Shown piece by piece: positions 33,471 to 47,525 of a stretch of DNA of 64,000 bases. This DNA is from Eledone cirrhosa (lineage: Eukaryota): the NCBI GenBank assembly GCA_964016885.1, contig OZ024752.1:31248001-31312000 (forward strand), in the 5' to 3' direction. Within the stretch, counting starts at the first letter, position 1; each line of letters begins with the position of its first letter. The translations under genes and the position numbers were made by a program. The notes beneath the pieces were generated by a model, which was given only the letters and a program-made list of their open reading frames with translations, did not search any database and was not told the origin of the DNA.

Positions 33471-34231
33471 ATAATATAGTTATTTATCCGATGTAAATAG
33501 ATAAAAACCAATCACTAGATCTTCCGTGAATGAGAACTATCTATCAATATGTAGGATTGGCTTATTTTATGTAATATATGATAGAAGTTATGAAGTTCCA
33601 ACCTTTTTTCTTCCTCGGAGTAATATCGCACTAAATTAATTAATTAATCATAACCAGAAATCAAACCGAGGTTAGAGAGTCAGTCCACCGAGAATCTAAT
33701 ACTTACCAATATTTTATTTATTTGTTACACATTGGATTATGTAACCAGTATGATTCAGAATGGAAGACTATGTTGCATTATATTGTTTGTTTTACTGTTC
33801 TTGCGTTAGATGAAACAAATATGAATGGTTTGAGGCTAATTTAATCTAGCTTCGTTGTTAAATATTTACTAGATCAACGCTAGGTTATATTAAGTAAAGG
33901 GCGCAAGGTTTTATATATATATATATATATTGATAAAGGTTATATTTATTTATGTATATATATATATATATATATATTGATAAAGGACGTAAGGTTATAT
34001 ATATATATATATTGATAAAGGTTATATTTATTTATGTATATATATATATATTGATAAAGGTTATATTTATTTATGTATATATATATATATATATATATTG
34101 ATAAAGGACGTAAGGTTATATATATATATACATACACACACTCACTCTCTCACACACACACACACATATTAATGAAATAAAATCATGTACACGGATATGA
34201 TCCAACAATAAAGCAATATTAAGAGAATAAA

Positions 34232-34770
34232 TAATTGTTTCTACTTTTGGCACAAGGCCAGCAATTACTCCAGTGTATTACTGGTACTTTATTTTATCGA
34301 CCCCCGTAAGGATGAAAGGCAAAATTAACCCCGGTGGGATTTGAACTCAAATTATAAAGGGTCGTAACTCTATGCAGCAAAGTATGGTGTCCGACCCTCT
34401 ACCGATACTGTCAATCATTTCTAGTATAAGCACAAGGCCAGTAGTTTGGGGGGAGGGGAAACTCGATTTAATCGACCCCAGTGTATGACTGGTACTTTAT
34501 TTTATCGACCCCTTAAGGATGAAAAGCAAAGTCGACGTCGGCGGGAATTGAACTCAGAATGGAAAGGGCCGTAACTCTATGCAGCAAAGCATGGCGTCCG
34601 ATCCTCTACCGATACTGTCAATCCACCATTGGATTGGCAGTATCGGTAGAGGGTCAAACGTGCCAAAAGTAGAAACAATTATTACCTTGCGATATTTGGT
34701 CCGAACCTTTACGTTCTGAGTTCAAATCCCATCAAGGTTAGCTTTTCCTTTCTTCCTTACAGGGCCGATA
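34232..34770. mobile_element. SINE cluster (two minus copies, rearranged plus fragments)
   Basis: Same SINE consensus. Confidence 0.8.
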
Positions 34771-35876
34771 ACCTCGGCGGTATTTTGTTGGAATATTAGT
34801 CAAATTTGTCAGACATTGAACTGCTGCCTATTTTGAAATAGTTCAAATAAAAATTCAGGTTTATGACAATTACCAAATGGCAAATATTAAGCATTCGATA
34901 ACAAGAGCAAATTCTGTAATTGATTTGGAACCTGATATCAGTTTATGGCGACAAAAAACACAAAATTACACCTGAGCAGGTGATTGAAACAAAATTCCTT
35001 TGAACAATATATTTATTGAAATACAAAGATCACAGTTAATGATAGCCTCATTTTATTCGAAATAATGTTATAGATTTTGATATTAGACCAGGTGTACTTC
35101 GATAAATTTGTGTCAAAAATTTAAATGGATTACCACTAAAATTGATATAATCTTTAGAAACTGAATTTTTAACTGTAAGCACTTTTGCCAAAAAAGAAAT
35201 CGAGTCCGAATGATATCAGCTATTTAATGTACAGTTGAAGGTACTTCAATGCAGGTTTTGGCTTTGAAAAATAGTTGATCAAGTTAGGAATATACGCCTC
35301 TAAACACGGCGATACTTTCCACTTTTTCCATCTCCAGAGGTTAATATTCCCTACTTGTTCCACTACTTTTCACAGTTAAAAACCTGCATTGAAACAGCTT
35401 ACGTTAACCAAACTTTTTTTCACCATCCAAAATGTCCTCAACACTTTGTAGGTACGGTTGATTTTTTTTCTTTTTATAATATCTCTGATTTTTCGGTGAA
35501 TATTTATCAATATTTAAATCTGAGGTCCTTTAGGTTCAAGAAACGGTGGAATTCAAACCCGCGTCTCTTTTTTTTTTTTTTTTTTATGAAAACACAAGGA
35601 GCTGGGACATATTTCACTACGATTGGATAGATGAAAACGAAACAACAAAATTAAAACTTTAAAAAATATAAAATCAAGAAACAAAATAAAATAAACGAAC
35701 AAAATTTAGACCATAAATATCGACTTTTGAGGTTTGGTTGGTCTTAAAAAGAATTCGTGTAATTTTTCTTCCGCTTATAAGATGAAGAAAAACAACTACA
35801 AAAAATATGTAATGTAAGAAAGAAACACGAAAGAACACGCACATACACACACACACACACACATACACACACACAT

Positions 35877-35923
<47 letters not shown>

Positions 35924-36342
35924 TACACACACATATATTAGATAAGTTATTGTAAAGCAATTTAATGTTTCCAGGTTATTAACTTAATCTTTTCTATGTA
36001 AATTCTTCCAGACGAAGAACAATGAAACGAACAAAGGCAGGAAAAATATGAGGTTAATAGTCCGGAAATTCTAAATTACATTTTGTAACAATATTTGTTT
36101 TTAATTGTCAGTTGACAAGGAATAAGTATTTAACTACATAAGGAAGAGGAAATATATCTGATCTTTAAATATTCATCTTAATCGATTGACGATATCCGTT
36201 CGATGTCTGTACTGAATTATGTCGGTGAACGAGGAATTGACTGGTGTACACCAACCAGCAGACGACAGTTTGTAATGAGAACCAGCGGTTCATTAAAAAA
36301 AATCTAGTAATGCAGCCGACACACAGGGAGAGGGTGATACGC

Positions 36343-36391
<49 letters not shown>

Positions 36392-36395
<4 letters not shown>

Positions 36396-36478
36396 GTTTC
36401 CCCCAAAATGTATATACACTTTGATTACCTGTGCAGGCAATATTTATTAGAATGGTGTATATATTTTTCCGGAACACC
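36392..36478. mobile_element. Short Tc1/mariner-type MITE (CAGGGTGTCCC TIR family); related copies at 48097-48167 and 59426-59526
   Basis: TIR-like ends CAGGGTGTCCCCAAAA...TGTATAC / GTATACATTTT..GGGGACACCCTG shared among the copies. Confidence 0.6.
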
Positions 36479-36505
36479 AACAAAAATATATCTTTTGCCT
36501 CATCA

Positions 36506-36595
36506 CCAGTCTGAGGAACAGATCGATACTGGAGTCGGGTCCGTAACTCCTATAGGTGACCTTGAGCCAATCCCCTGCGAAACGCGCGTAACAGG
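36506..36595 (+). ncRNA. Type I HHR, solitary PLE remnant (family J)
   Basis: CCAGU-CUGAGGA-A-CAG...CUG-C-GAAA-CGCGCG-UA/ACAGG; palindromic stem III, one stem I mismatch. Confidence 0.65.
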
Positions 36596-36711
36596 TCGAT
36601 ACGCAATAAATATTTTTCATATGTAAACGAAACTTTCTCGTTTTTTATATTTTATTATTGAGTAAAATGACAGGAAGTTGGACTGGTGAAATTCCTTAAA
36701 GATTTATTATA

Positions 36712-36772
36712 AACACTTATGCACATTTCAATAACTGGGCTCTGCAGGAACCCGGAGACATCATCAGGTGTT
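36712..36772 (-). ncRNA. Decayed type I HHR (family K)
   Basis: AACAC-CUGAUGA...GGGUUC(CUGCA)GAGCCC...GAAA-UGUGCA-UA/AGUGUU. Confidence 0.5.
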
Positions 36773-36878
36773 ACGAAATTTGTTCAATAAAGCAATATTA
36801 TAATGGTAGACACAATCCAAGGGGCTGAAATGTAGAGAGAAATGTTTAAGACCTGAAGATATATATATATATATATAT

Positions 36879-37300
36879 ATAATATATAAGATCAAAAGAT
36901 GGTTAAAAGAGTTCCATGTATTTTATTATGCGCATTTCAAAAACAAATATCATCATGCAATAACATTTGTGTTTTCATCAGATAAAATAGGAAGACATGA
37001 TATGAAGGTTAAAAAACACTTGTGAATAGTGCAGTTTTAAATCAACATATCATAACTGCACTATTCACAAGTGTTTTTTAACCTTCATATCATGTCTTCC
37101 TATTTTATCTGATGAAAACACAAATGTTATTGCATGATGATATTTGTTTTTGAAATGCGCATAATAAAATACATGGAACTCTTTTAACCATCTTTTGATC
37201 TTATATATTATGTATACTCCAGTCCTACAAACTGTAGAGTGCTTCTTATCCGATATCTGCATTGCTTTATTGTACTACAATAAAACTCACCTCCTACATT
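36879..37300 (+). mobile_element. Fold-back PLE pLTR remnant (family L): arms 36879-37036 / 37055-37211 plus ~89-bp tail; HHRs at 37101-37171 (+) and 36919-36989 (-)
   Basis: UAUUUUAU-CUGAUGA-stem II-GAAA-UGCGCA-UA/AUAAAAUA; TA flanks. Confidence 0.85.
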
Positions 37301-37324
37301 ATATATATATATATATATATATAT

Positions 37325-37787
37325 TTAAAGGTTAAACAAGGTTCAATGAATATATCAAAGAATGAGTTTTACAATAGATTGGAAGCACTCAACAGAAAAA
37401 AAGGTTTTCCAGAGTTATTAATATTAATTCAAAATATTAACAAAATAGATATTCTTGTGATCAATTATATTTTATTATACATATTTCAGAGGTACTGAGT
37501 TAAGTTCAACAGTACGTCCTCATCAGATAAAATAAGATGATGCATGACATACCCTGACATAGTAGATGGTTAATATTCAGTCATGGTAGTCATGACTGAA
37601 TATTAACCATCCTGAATATTACCATGACTGAATCTTAACCATCTACTATGTCAGGGTATGTCATGCATCATCTTATTTTATCTGATGAGGACGTACTGTT
37701 GAACTTAACTCAGTACCTCTGAAATATGTATAATAAAATATAATTGATCACAAGAATATCTATTTTGTTAATATTTTGAATTAATAT
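37325..37787 (-). mobile_element. Fold-back PLE pLTR remnant (family M): tail 37325-37420, arms 37421-37588 / ~37620-37787; HHRs at 37468-37534 (-) and 37674-37740 (+)
   Basis: UAUUUUAU-CUGAUGA-G..GUACUG..CAGUAC..GAAA-UAUGUA-UA/AUAAAAUA; TA flanks. Confidence 0.85.
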
Positions 37788-38050
37788 ATATATTATATAT
37801 ATATTCAGCGTTTAAAGGTCCGAGAAAACGGTCTACGTACATTGTTTACTATGTATTTATTTATTTTAGCACATCTCATCAGAGAACGAAATCAATTGTT
37901 GACCTAGGAATTTAGCATTTTAAAATTTATGTTCTACTTTAAAATACTTTTCTTTTTTTCTGTAACACACTGTGAAACCCAGTAAAGATTATAATTATGA
38001 CGAGTCTCTACAGTTTCCGTCTGTCAAATTCCATTCACAAGACACTAGAC

Positions 38051-38215
38051 CAGTGGCTCCCAAAGTTGGTTCCGCAAAGGAGTATCTGGGATTCCGTGAG
38101 AAAAGGCAGGAGTATATTTATATTACGCCATATAACAGTATTAGACTTTGGGGTTCCCCCAAAAGTTTCTGAACTAAAAAGGGTTCCGCGTTTGAAAAAG
38201 TTTAGGAAACCCTGC
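38051..38215. mobile_element. hAT-like MITE
   Basis: Imperfect TIRs CAGTGGCTCCCAAA / TTTAGGAAACCCTG. Confidence 0.5.
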
Positions 38216-38304
38216 ACTTCACAATAGTTGATGTGAAATCAAAGTTACCTTTTAGTGATCAATTGGAAACCGTTTTTTACTGTAGCTTAAGCTTAATATT
38301 GTTT

Positions 38305-39180
38305 ATTCGGTAGAGCGTCGGAAATGATGCTTCGCAGCATAATTACGGCCCTTTACGTTCTGATTTCAAATCTCGCCGAGATTAGCTTTGCCTTTCATCC
38401 TGACTGGATCGATAAAATAAAGTACCAGTAAGACACTGAGGGCGAGTTAATCAACTTTTCCTTCTCTAAAAATTGTTGGCCTTGTACCTAAATCAGAAAC
38501 CATTATTATAGGCGGTGGATTGGCAGTATCGGTAGAGGCTCGGACGCCATGTTTTACAGCATAGTTATGGCCCCTTACGTTCTGGGTTCAAATGCCGCCG
38601 AGGTTGACTTTACCTTTCATCCTTAAGGGGTCGATAAAATCAAGTACCAGTAATGCACTGGGTAATTGCTGGCCTTGTGCCTAAAATAGAAACAATTATT
38701 ATAGGCGGTGGATTGGCAGTATTGGCAGAAGGTCGGACGCCATGTTTTACAGCATAGTTATGGCCCCTTACGTTCTGGGCTTGTGCCAAAAGTAGAAACA
38801 ATTATTATTGTTGATTCGGTTGAGCGTCAGACATGCTTCGCAGTATAGTTACGTTCCTTTGGGATCTGAGTTCAAATCTCTCCGAAGTTCGCTTTACCTT
38901 TCATCCTTACGGGGTCGATAAAATAAAGTACCAGTAATGCACTGGGTAATTGCTGGCCTTGTGCCTAAAGTAGAAACAATTATTATAGGCGGTGGATTGG
39001 CAGTATTGGCAGAAGGTCGGACGCCATGTTTTATACCATAGTTATGGCCCCTTACGTTCTGGGTTCAAATCCCGCCGAGGTTAACTTTGCCTTTCATTCT
39101 TACGGGGTCGATAAAATAAAGTACCAGTAATGCACTTGGATAATTGCTGGCCTTGTGCCAAAAGTAGAAACAATTATTAT
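38305..39180 (+). mobile_element. Head-to-tail array of five tRNA-derived SINEs
   Basis: Repeated A-box-like TGGCAGTATCGG, B box GTTCAAAT and 3' end GGCCTTGTGCC.AAAGTAGAAACAATTATT. Confidence 0.88.
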
Positions 39181-39432
39181 CACAGCAAGTATTCTGTCGG
39201 TAACAACGACAAAGTGTTGTATATTCTCTATCCAAGCAAGTACATCGTTCCACTATAGTTTTTGACATATCTCAGCCGGATACCCTCTTCTTCTCTTCCA
39301 TTATCCTATTATCACAAGCTCCAAGCCTTTTATTAAATAATTTTACGTTGACATTTTTCATCAGCTTCTTATTGTTGTTTCACCGTTCACTTGAGTAAAA
39401 AGATTCTTTTAATAATTTCTATTTACATTTGT

Positions 39433-42400
39433 TGGTGTGGTGGTGGTGGTGGTGGTGGTGGTGTACTTTGTACTGCTGGTGGTGGTGGTGGTGGGGTACT
39501 TTGTACTGGTGGTGGTGGTGATGTACTTTGTACTGCTGGTGGTGGTGGTGATCAACATTGTACTGGTGGTGGTGGTGGTGAACATTGTACTGGTGGTGGT
39601 GGTGGTGGTGGTGAACATTGTACTGGGGGTGGTGAACATTGTACTGGTGGTGGTGGTGGTGGTGGTGAACATTGTACTGGTGGTGGTGGTGGTGAACATT
39701 GTACTGGTGGTGGTGGTGGTGGTGAACATTGTACTGGTGGTAGTGAGCATCGTACTGGTGGTGGTGGTGGTGGTGAACATTGTACTGGTGGTGGTGGTGG
39801 TGAACATTGTACTGGTGGTGGTGGTGGTGGTGGTGAACATTGTACTGGTGGTGGTGGTGGTGAACATTGTACTGGTGGTGGTGGTGAACATTGTACTGGT
39901 GGTGGTGGTGGTGAACATTGTACTGGTAGTGGTGGTAGTGGTGGTGAACATTGTACTGGTGGTGGTGGTGGTGAACATTGTACTGGTGGTGGTGGTGGTG
40001 AACATTGTACTGGTGGTGGTGGTGAACATTGTACTGGTGGTGGTGGTGGTGAACATTGTACTGGTGGTGGTGAACATTGTACTGGTGGTGGTGGTGGTGA
40101 ACATTGTAGTGGTGGTGGTGGTGGTGAACATTGTACTGGTGGTGGTGGTGGTGGTGGTGAACATTGTACTGGTGGTGGTGGTGGTGAACATTGTACTGGT
40201 GGTGGTGGTGGTGAACATTGTACTGGTGGTGGTGGTGGTGAACATTGTACTGGTGGTGGTGGTGGTGGTGGTGAACATTGTACTGGTGGTGGTGAACATT
40301 GTACTGGTGGTGGTGGTGGTGGGGAACATTGTACTGGTGGTGGTGGTGGTGAACATTGTACTGGTGGTGGTGGTGGTGGTGGTGAACATTGTACTGGTGG
40401 TGGTGGTGGTGGTGGTGAACATTGTACTGGTGGTGGTGGTGGTAAACATTGTAGTGGTGGTGGTGGTGGTGAACATTGTACTGTTGGTGGTGGTGAACAT
40501 TGTAGTGGTGGTGGTGGTGGTGGTGGTGGTGAACATTGTACTGGTGGTGGTGGTGGTGAACATTGTACTGGTGGTGGTGGTGATGAACATTGTACTGGTG
40601 GTGGTGGTGGTGGTGGTGGGGAACATTGTACTGGTGGTGGTGGTGGTGAACATTGTACTGGTGGTGGTGGTGAACATTGTACTGGTGGTGGTGGTGGTGA
40701 ACATTGTACTGGTGGTGGTGGTGGTGAACATTGTAGTGGTGGTGGTGGTGGTGGTGGTGGTGAACATTGTACTGGTGGTGGTGGTGGTGGTGAACATTGT
40801 ACTGGTGGTGGTGGTGGTGGTGGTGAGCATTGTACTGGTGGTGGTGGTGGTGGTGGTGAACATTGTACTGGTGGTGGTGGTGGTGGTGAACATTGTACTG
40901 GTGGTGGTGGTGGTGGTGAACATTGTACTGGTGGTGGTGGTGGTGGTGGTGAACATTGTGCTGGTGGTGGTGGTGGTGGTGAACATTGTACTGGTGGTGG
41001 TGGTGGTGGTGAACATTGTAGTGGTGGTGGTGGTGGTGGTGAACATTGTACTGGTGGTGGTGGTGAACATTGTAGTGGTGGTGGTGGTGGTGGTGAACAT
41101 TGTACTGGTGGTGGTGGTGGTGAACATTGTACTGGTGGTGGTGGTAGTGATGAACATTGTACTGGTGGTGGTGGTGGTGGTGGTGGTGAACATTGTACTG
41201 GTGGTGGTGGTGGTGGTGGTGAACATTGTACTGGTGGTGGTGGTGGTGGTGAACATTGTACTGGTGGTGGTGGTGGTGGTGAACATTGTAGTGGTGGTGG
41301 TGGTGGTGGTGGTGAACATTGTACTGGTGGTGGTAGTGGTGGTGGTGAACATTGTACTGGTGGTGGTGGTGGTGGTGGTGAACATTGTACTGGTGGTGGT
41401 GGTGGTGAACATTGTACTGGTGGTGGTGGTGGTGGTGAACATTGTAGTGGTGGTGGTGGTGGTGAACATTGTACTGGTGGTGGTGGTGGTGGTGAACATT
41501 GTACTGGTGGTGGTGGTGGTGGTGGTGAACATTGTACTGGTGGTGGTGGTGAACATTGTACTGGTGGTGGTGGTGGTGGTGAACATTGTACTGGTGGTTG
41601 TGGTGGTGGTGAACATTGTACTGGTGGTGGTGGTGGTGGTGGTGAACATTGTACTGGTGGTGGTGGTGGTGGTGGTGAACATTGTACTGGTGGTGGTGGT
41701 GGTGGTGAACATTGTACTGGTGGTGGTGAACATTGTACTGGTGGTGGTGGTGGTGGTGAACATTGTACTGGTGGTGGTGGTGGTGGTGGTGAGCATTGTA
41801 CTGGTGGTGGTGGTGGTGGTGAACATTGTACTGGTGGTGGTGGTGGTGGTGGTGAACATTGTACTGGTGGTGGTGGTGGTGGTGGTGAACATTGTACTGG
41901 TGGTGGTGGTGGTGGTGGTGGTGAACATTGTACTGGTGGTGGTGGTGGTGGTGAACATTGTACTGGTGGTGGTGGTGGTGGTGGTGAACATTATACTGGT
42001 GGTGGTGGTGGTGGTGGTGAGCATTGTACTGGTGGTGGTGGTGGTGGTGGTGAGCATTGTACTGGTGGTGGTGGTGGTGGTGAACATTGTACTGGTGGTG
42101 GTGGTGGTGGTGGTGAACATTGTACTGGTGGTGGTGGTGGTGGTGAACATTGTAGTGGTGGTGGTGGTGGTGAACATTGTACTGGTGGTGGTGGTGGTGG
42201 TGGTGAACATTGTACTGGTGGTGGTGGTGGTGGTGAACATTGTACTGGTGGTGGTGGTGGTGGTGGTGAACATTGTACTGGTGGTGGTGGTGGTGAACAT
42301 TTTACTGGTGGTGGTGGTGGTGAACATTGTACTGGTGGTGGTGGTGGTGGTGAACATTGTACTGGTGGTGGTGGTGGTGAACATTGTACTGGTGGTGGTG

Positions 42401-43800
42401 GTGGTGGTGGTCGTGAACATTGTACTGGTGGTGGTGGTGGTGAACATTGTACTGGTGGTGGTGGTGGTGGTGAGCATTGTAGTGGTGGTGGTGGTGGTGA
42501 ACATTGTACTGGTGGTGGTGGTGGTGAACATTGTACTGGTGGTGGTGGTGGTGGTGAACATTGTACTGGTGGTGGTGGTGGTGGTGGTGGTGAACATTGT
42601 ACTGGTGGTGGTGGTGGTGGTGGTGAACATTGTACTGGTGGTGGTGGTGGTGGTGGTGAACATTGTACTGGTGGTGGTGGTGGTGGTGGTGAACATTGTA
42701 CTGGTGGTGGTGGTGGTGGTGGTGAACATTGTACTGGTGGTGGTGGTGGTGGTGGTGAACATTGTACTGGTGGTGGTGGTGGTGAACATTGTACTGGTGG
42801 TGGTGGTGGTGGTGAACATTGTACTGGTGGTGGTGGTGGTGGTGAACATTGTACTGGTGGTGGTGGTGGTGGTGAACATTGTAGTGGTGGTGGTGAACAT
42901 TGTAGTGGTGGTGGTGGTGGTGAACATTGTACTGGTGGTGGTGGTGAACATTGTACTGGTGGTGGTGGTGGTGGTGAACATTGTACTGGTGGTGGTGGTG
43001 GTGAACATTGTACTGGTGGTGGTGGTGGTGGTGAACATTGTACTGGTGGTGGTGGTGGTGGTGGTGGTGAACATTGTACTGGTGGTGGTGAACATTGTAC
43101 TGGTGGTGGTGGTGGTGAACATTGTACTGGTGGTGGTGGTGGTGCTGGTGGTGAACATTGTAGTGGTGGTGGTGGTGGTGGTGGTGAACATTGTACTGGT
43201 GGTGGTGGTGTACTTTGTACTGGTGGCGTACTTTGTACTGGTGGTGGTGGTGTACTTTGTACTGGTGGTGGTGTACTTTGTACTGGTGGTGGTGTACTTT
43301 GTACTGGTGGTGTACTTTGTACTGGTGGTGGTGGTGTACTTTGTACTGGTGGCGTACTTTGTACTGGTGGTGGTGGTGGTGTACTTTGTACTGGTGGTGG
43401 TGTACTTTGTACTGGTGGTGTACTTTGTACTGGTGGTGGTGGTGTACTTTGTACTGGTGGCGTACTTTGTACTGGTGGTGGTGGTGTACTTTGTACTGGT
43501 GGCGTACTTTGTACTGGTGGTGGTGGTGTACTTTGTACTGGTGGCGTACTTTGTACTGGTGGTGGTGGTGTACTTTGTACTGGTGGCGTACTTTGTACTG
43601 GTGGTGGTGGTGTACTTTGTACTGGTGGTGGTGTACTTTGTACTGGTGGTGTTCTTTGTACTGGTGGTGGTGGTGTACTTTGTACTGGTGGTGGTGTACT
43701 TTGTACTGGTGGTGTACTTTGTACTGGTGGTGGTGTACTTTGAACTGGTGGTGGTGTACTTTGAACTGGTGGTAGTGGTGGCGGTGGTGTACTTTGTACT
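39433..43800. repeat. Compound satellite (GGT)n-GAACATTGTACT, with a GTACTTTGTACT variant at both edges
   Basis: Direct inspection; the GGT count varies from about 2 to 8. Confidence 0.97.
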
Positions 43801-43890
43801 ACCATCTAGTATCTGCTATAAATAATTTTCCTCAAAAATCTTCTTGGGACACATACGCAGCCGTCTGTGTTTCTCCTCTTATTAATTGAT

Positions 43891-44066
43891 GTATCGGTAG
43901 AGCGTCAGGCACGATGCTTAGCATCACAGAGTTATGACCCTTTACGTTCTGAGTTCAAATACCGCCGAGGTTAACTTTGCCTTTCATCCTTACGGGGTCG
44001 ATAAAATAAAGTACCAGTAATACACTGGGGTAATTGCTGGCCTTGTGCCAAAAGTAGAAACAATTA
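43891..44066 (+). mobile_element. tRNA-derived SINE
   Basis: Same consensus. Confidence 0.85.
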
Positions 44067-44117
44067 ATATCATCCAACACTTCACTACTTAAGTCAGAGG
44101 TTCCCAACCTTTTGTAT

Positions 44118-45040
44118 ACCCCGCTCCACCCCAACATCTCAAACATGTCCATCCCGCGCCACCCGAACATCTCAAACATGTCCACCCCGCGCCACCCGAA
44201 CATCTCAAACATGTCCACCCCGCTCCACCCGAACATCTCAAACATGTCCACCCCGCTCCACCCCAACATCTCAAACATGTCCACCCCGCTCCACCCGAAC
44301 ATCTCAAACATGTCCACTCCGCTCCACCCGAACATCTCAAACATGTCCACCCCGCTCCACCCGAACATCTCAAACTTGTCCACCCCACTCCACCCGATCA
44401 TCTCAAACATGTCCACTCCGCTCCACCCGAACATCTCAAACATGTCCACCCCGCTCCACCCGAACATCTCAAACATGTCCACCCCGCTCCACCCGAACAT
44501 CTCAAACATGTCCACCCCGCTCCACCCGAACATCTCAAACATGTCCACCCCACTCCACCCGAACATCTCAAACATGTCCACCCCGCTCCACCCCAACATC
44601 TCAAACATGTCCACCCCGCTCCACCCGAACATCTCAAAAATGTCCACCCCGCTCCACCCGAACATCTCAAACATGTCCACCCCACTCCACCCGAACATCT
44701 CAAACATGTCCACCCCGCACCACCCCAACATCTCAAACATGTCCACCCCGCTCCACCCGAACATCTCAAACATGTCCACTCCGCTCCACCCGAACATCTC
44801 AAACATGTCCACCCGAACATCTCAAACATGTCCACCCCGCTCCACCCGAACATCTCAAACATGTCCACCCCGCTCCACCCGAACATCTCAAACATGTCCA
44901 CCCCACTCCACCCGAACATCTCAAACATGTCCACTCCGCTCCACCCGAACATCTCAAACATGTCCACCCCACTCCACCCGAACATCTCAAACATGTCCAC
45001 CCCGCTCCACCCGAACATCTCAAACATGTCCACCCCACCA
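44118..45040. repeat. 33-bp minisatellite (CCCGAACATCTCAAACATGTCCACCCCGCTCCA), ~28 copies
   Basis: Direct inspection. Confidence 0.97.
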
Positions 45041-45094
45041 CCTTTTGATATGAAAACAATGGTGATCAATAGTAAAATGTAAATAAATTGGCCT

Positions 45095-47525
45095 GTAGGT
45101 GGCGCCAGATGAACAATATCATGTTAACATGCGTGGAGAGGGACGAGGTGAGACAGGAGATTCCGACAATGCGTACCAAAGTTACCTTGGTGTAGGTGGT
45201 GACAGAAACACGTGTGCAGGAGGTGAGACAGGGAGTTTCTGACAGTAATGTGTACCACAGTTGCCTTGGTGTAGGTGGTGCCAGATACACAATAACATGT
45301 GTGGTGGAGGTGAGACAGGGAGTTTCTGACAGTAATGTGTACCACAGTTGCCTTGGTGTAGGTGGTGCCAGATACACAATAACATGTGTGGTGGAGGTGA
45401 GACAGGGAGTTTCTGACAGTAATGTGTACCACAGTTGCCTTGGTGTAGGTGGTGCCAGATACAGAATAACATGTGTGGTGGAGGTCAGACAGGGAGTTTC
45501 TGACAGTAATGTCTACCAAAGTTACCTTGGTGTAGGTGGTGACAGAAACACAATAAAATGTGTGGTGGAGGTGAGACACGAGTTTCTGACAGTAATGTGT
45601 ACCACAGTTGCCTTGGTGTAGGTGGTGCCAGATACACAATAACATGTGTGGTGGAGGTGAGACAGGGAGTTTCTGACAGTAATGTGTACCACAGTTGCCT
45701 TGGTGTAGGGGGTGCCAGATACACAATAACATGTGTGGTGGAGGTGAGACAGGGAGTTTCTGACAGTAATGTGTACCACAGTTGCCTTGGTGTAGGGGGT
45801 GCCAGATACACAATAACATGTGTGGTGGAGGTGAGACAGGGAGTTTCTGACAGTAATGTGTACCACAGTTGCCTTGGTGTAGGGGGTGCCAGATACACAA
45901 TAACATGTGTGGTGGAGGTGAGACAGGGAGTTTCTGACAGTAATGTGTACCACAGTTGCCTTGGTGTAGGGGGTGACAGATACACAATAACATGTGTGGT
46001 GGAGGTGAGACAGGGAGTTTCTGACAGTAATGTGTACCACAGTTGCCTTGGTGTAGGTGGTGCCAGATACACAATAAAATGTGTGGTGGAGGTGAGACAG
46101 GGAGTTTCTGACAGTAATGTGTACCACAGTTGCCTTGGTGTAGGTGGTGCCAGATACACAATAAAATGTGTGGTGGAGGTGAGACAGGGAGTTTCTGACA
46201 GTAATGTGTACCACAGTTGCCTTGGTGTAGGTGGTGCCAGATACACAATAAAATGTGTGGTGGAGGTGAGACAGGGAGTTTCTGACAGTAATGTGTACCA
46301 CAGTTGCCTTGGTGTAGGTGGTGCCAGATACACAATAACATGTGTGGTGGAGGTCAGACACGAGTTTCTGACAGTAATGTGTACCACAGTTGCCTTGGTG
46401 TAGGGGGTGACAGATACACAATAACATGTGTGGTGGAGGTGAGACACGAGTTTCTGACAGTAATGTGTACCACAGTTGCCTTGGTGTAGGTGGTGCCAGA
46501 TACACAATAACATGTGTGGTGGAGGTGAGACACGAGTTTCCGACAGTAATGTGTACCACAGTTGCCTTGGTGTAGGTGGTGCCAGATACACAATAACATG
46601 TGTGGTGGAGGTGAGACACGAGTTTCTGACAGTAATGTGTACCAAAGTTGCCTTGGTGTAGGTGGTGCCAGATACACAATAACATGTGTGGTGGAGGTGA
46701 GACAGGGAGTTTCTGACAGTAATGTGTACCACAGTTACCTTGGTGTAGGTGGTGCCAGATACACAATAACATGTGTGGTGGAGGTGAGACAGGGAGTTTC
46801 TGACAGTAATGTGTACCACAGTTGCCTTGGTGTAGGTGGTGCCAGATACAGAATAACATGTGTGGTGGAGGTGAGACAGGGAGTTTCTGACAGTAATGTG
46901 TACCACAGTTGCCTTGGTGTAGGTGGTGCCAGATACACAATAACATGTGTGGTGGAGGTGAGACAGGGAGTTTCTGACAGTAATGTGTACCACAGTTGCC
47001 TTGGTGTAGGTGGTGCCAGATACACAATAACATGTGTGGTGGAGGTGAGACACGAGTTTCTGACAGTAATGTGTACCACAGTTGCCTTGGTGTAGGGGGT
47101 GCCAGATACACAATAACATGTGTGGTGGAGGTGAGACACGAGTTTCTGACAGTAATGTGTACCAAAGTTGCCTTGGTTTAGGTGGTGCCAGATACACAAT
47201 AACATGTGTGGTGGAGGGGAGACAGGGAGTTTCTGACAGTAATGTGTACCACAGTTGCCTTGGTGTAGGGGGTGCCAGATACACAATAACATGTGTGGTG
47301 GAGGTGAGCCACGAGTTTCTGACAGTAATGTGTACCACAGTTGCCTTGGTGTAGGTGGTGCCAGATACACAATAACATGTGTGGTGGAGGTGAGACACGA
47401 GTTTCTGACAGTAATGTGTACCACAGTTGCCTTGGTGTAGGTGGTGCCAGATACACAATAACATGTGTGGTGGAGGTGAGACACGAGTTTCCGACAGTAA
47501 TGTGTACCAAAGTTGCCTTGGTGTA
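45095..47525. repeat. 86/87-bp minisatellite, ~28 copies
   Basis: Unit GTGTGGTGGAGGTGAGACAGGGAGTTTCTGACAGTAATGTGTACCACAGTTGCCTTGGTGTAGGTGGTGCCAGATACACAATAACAT; 1-bp-shorter ACACG variant. Confidence 0.97.

Noticed and set aside
39391-43825. 1260-1462 aa ORFs in several frames
   Set aside because: Satellite artefact: several frames on both strands are open, there is no codon variation, and the Gly-rich frame has a non-ATG start.
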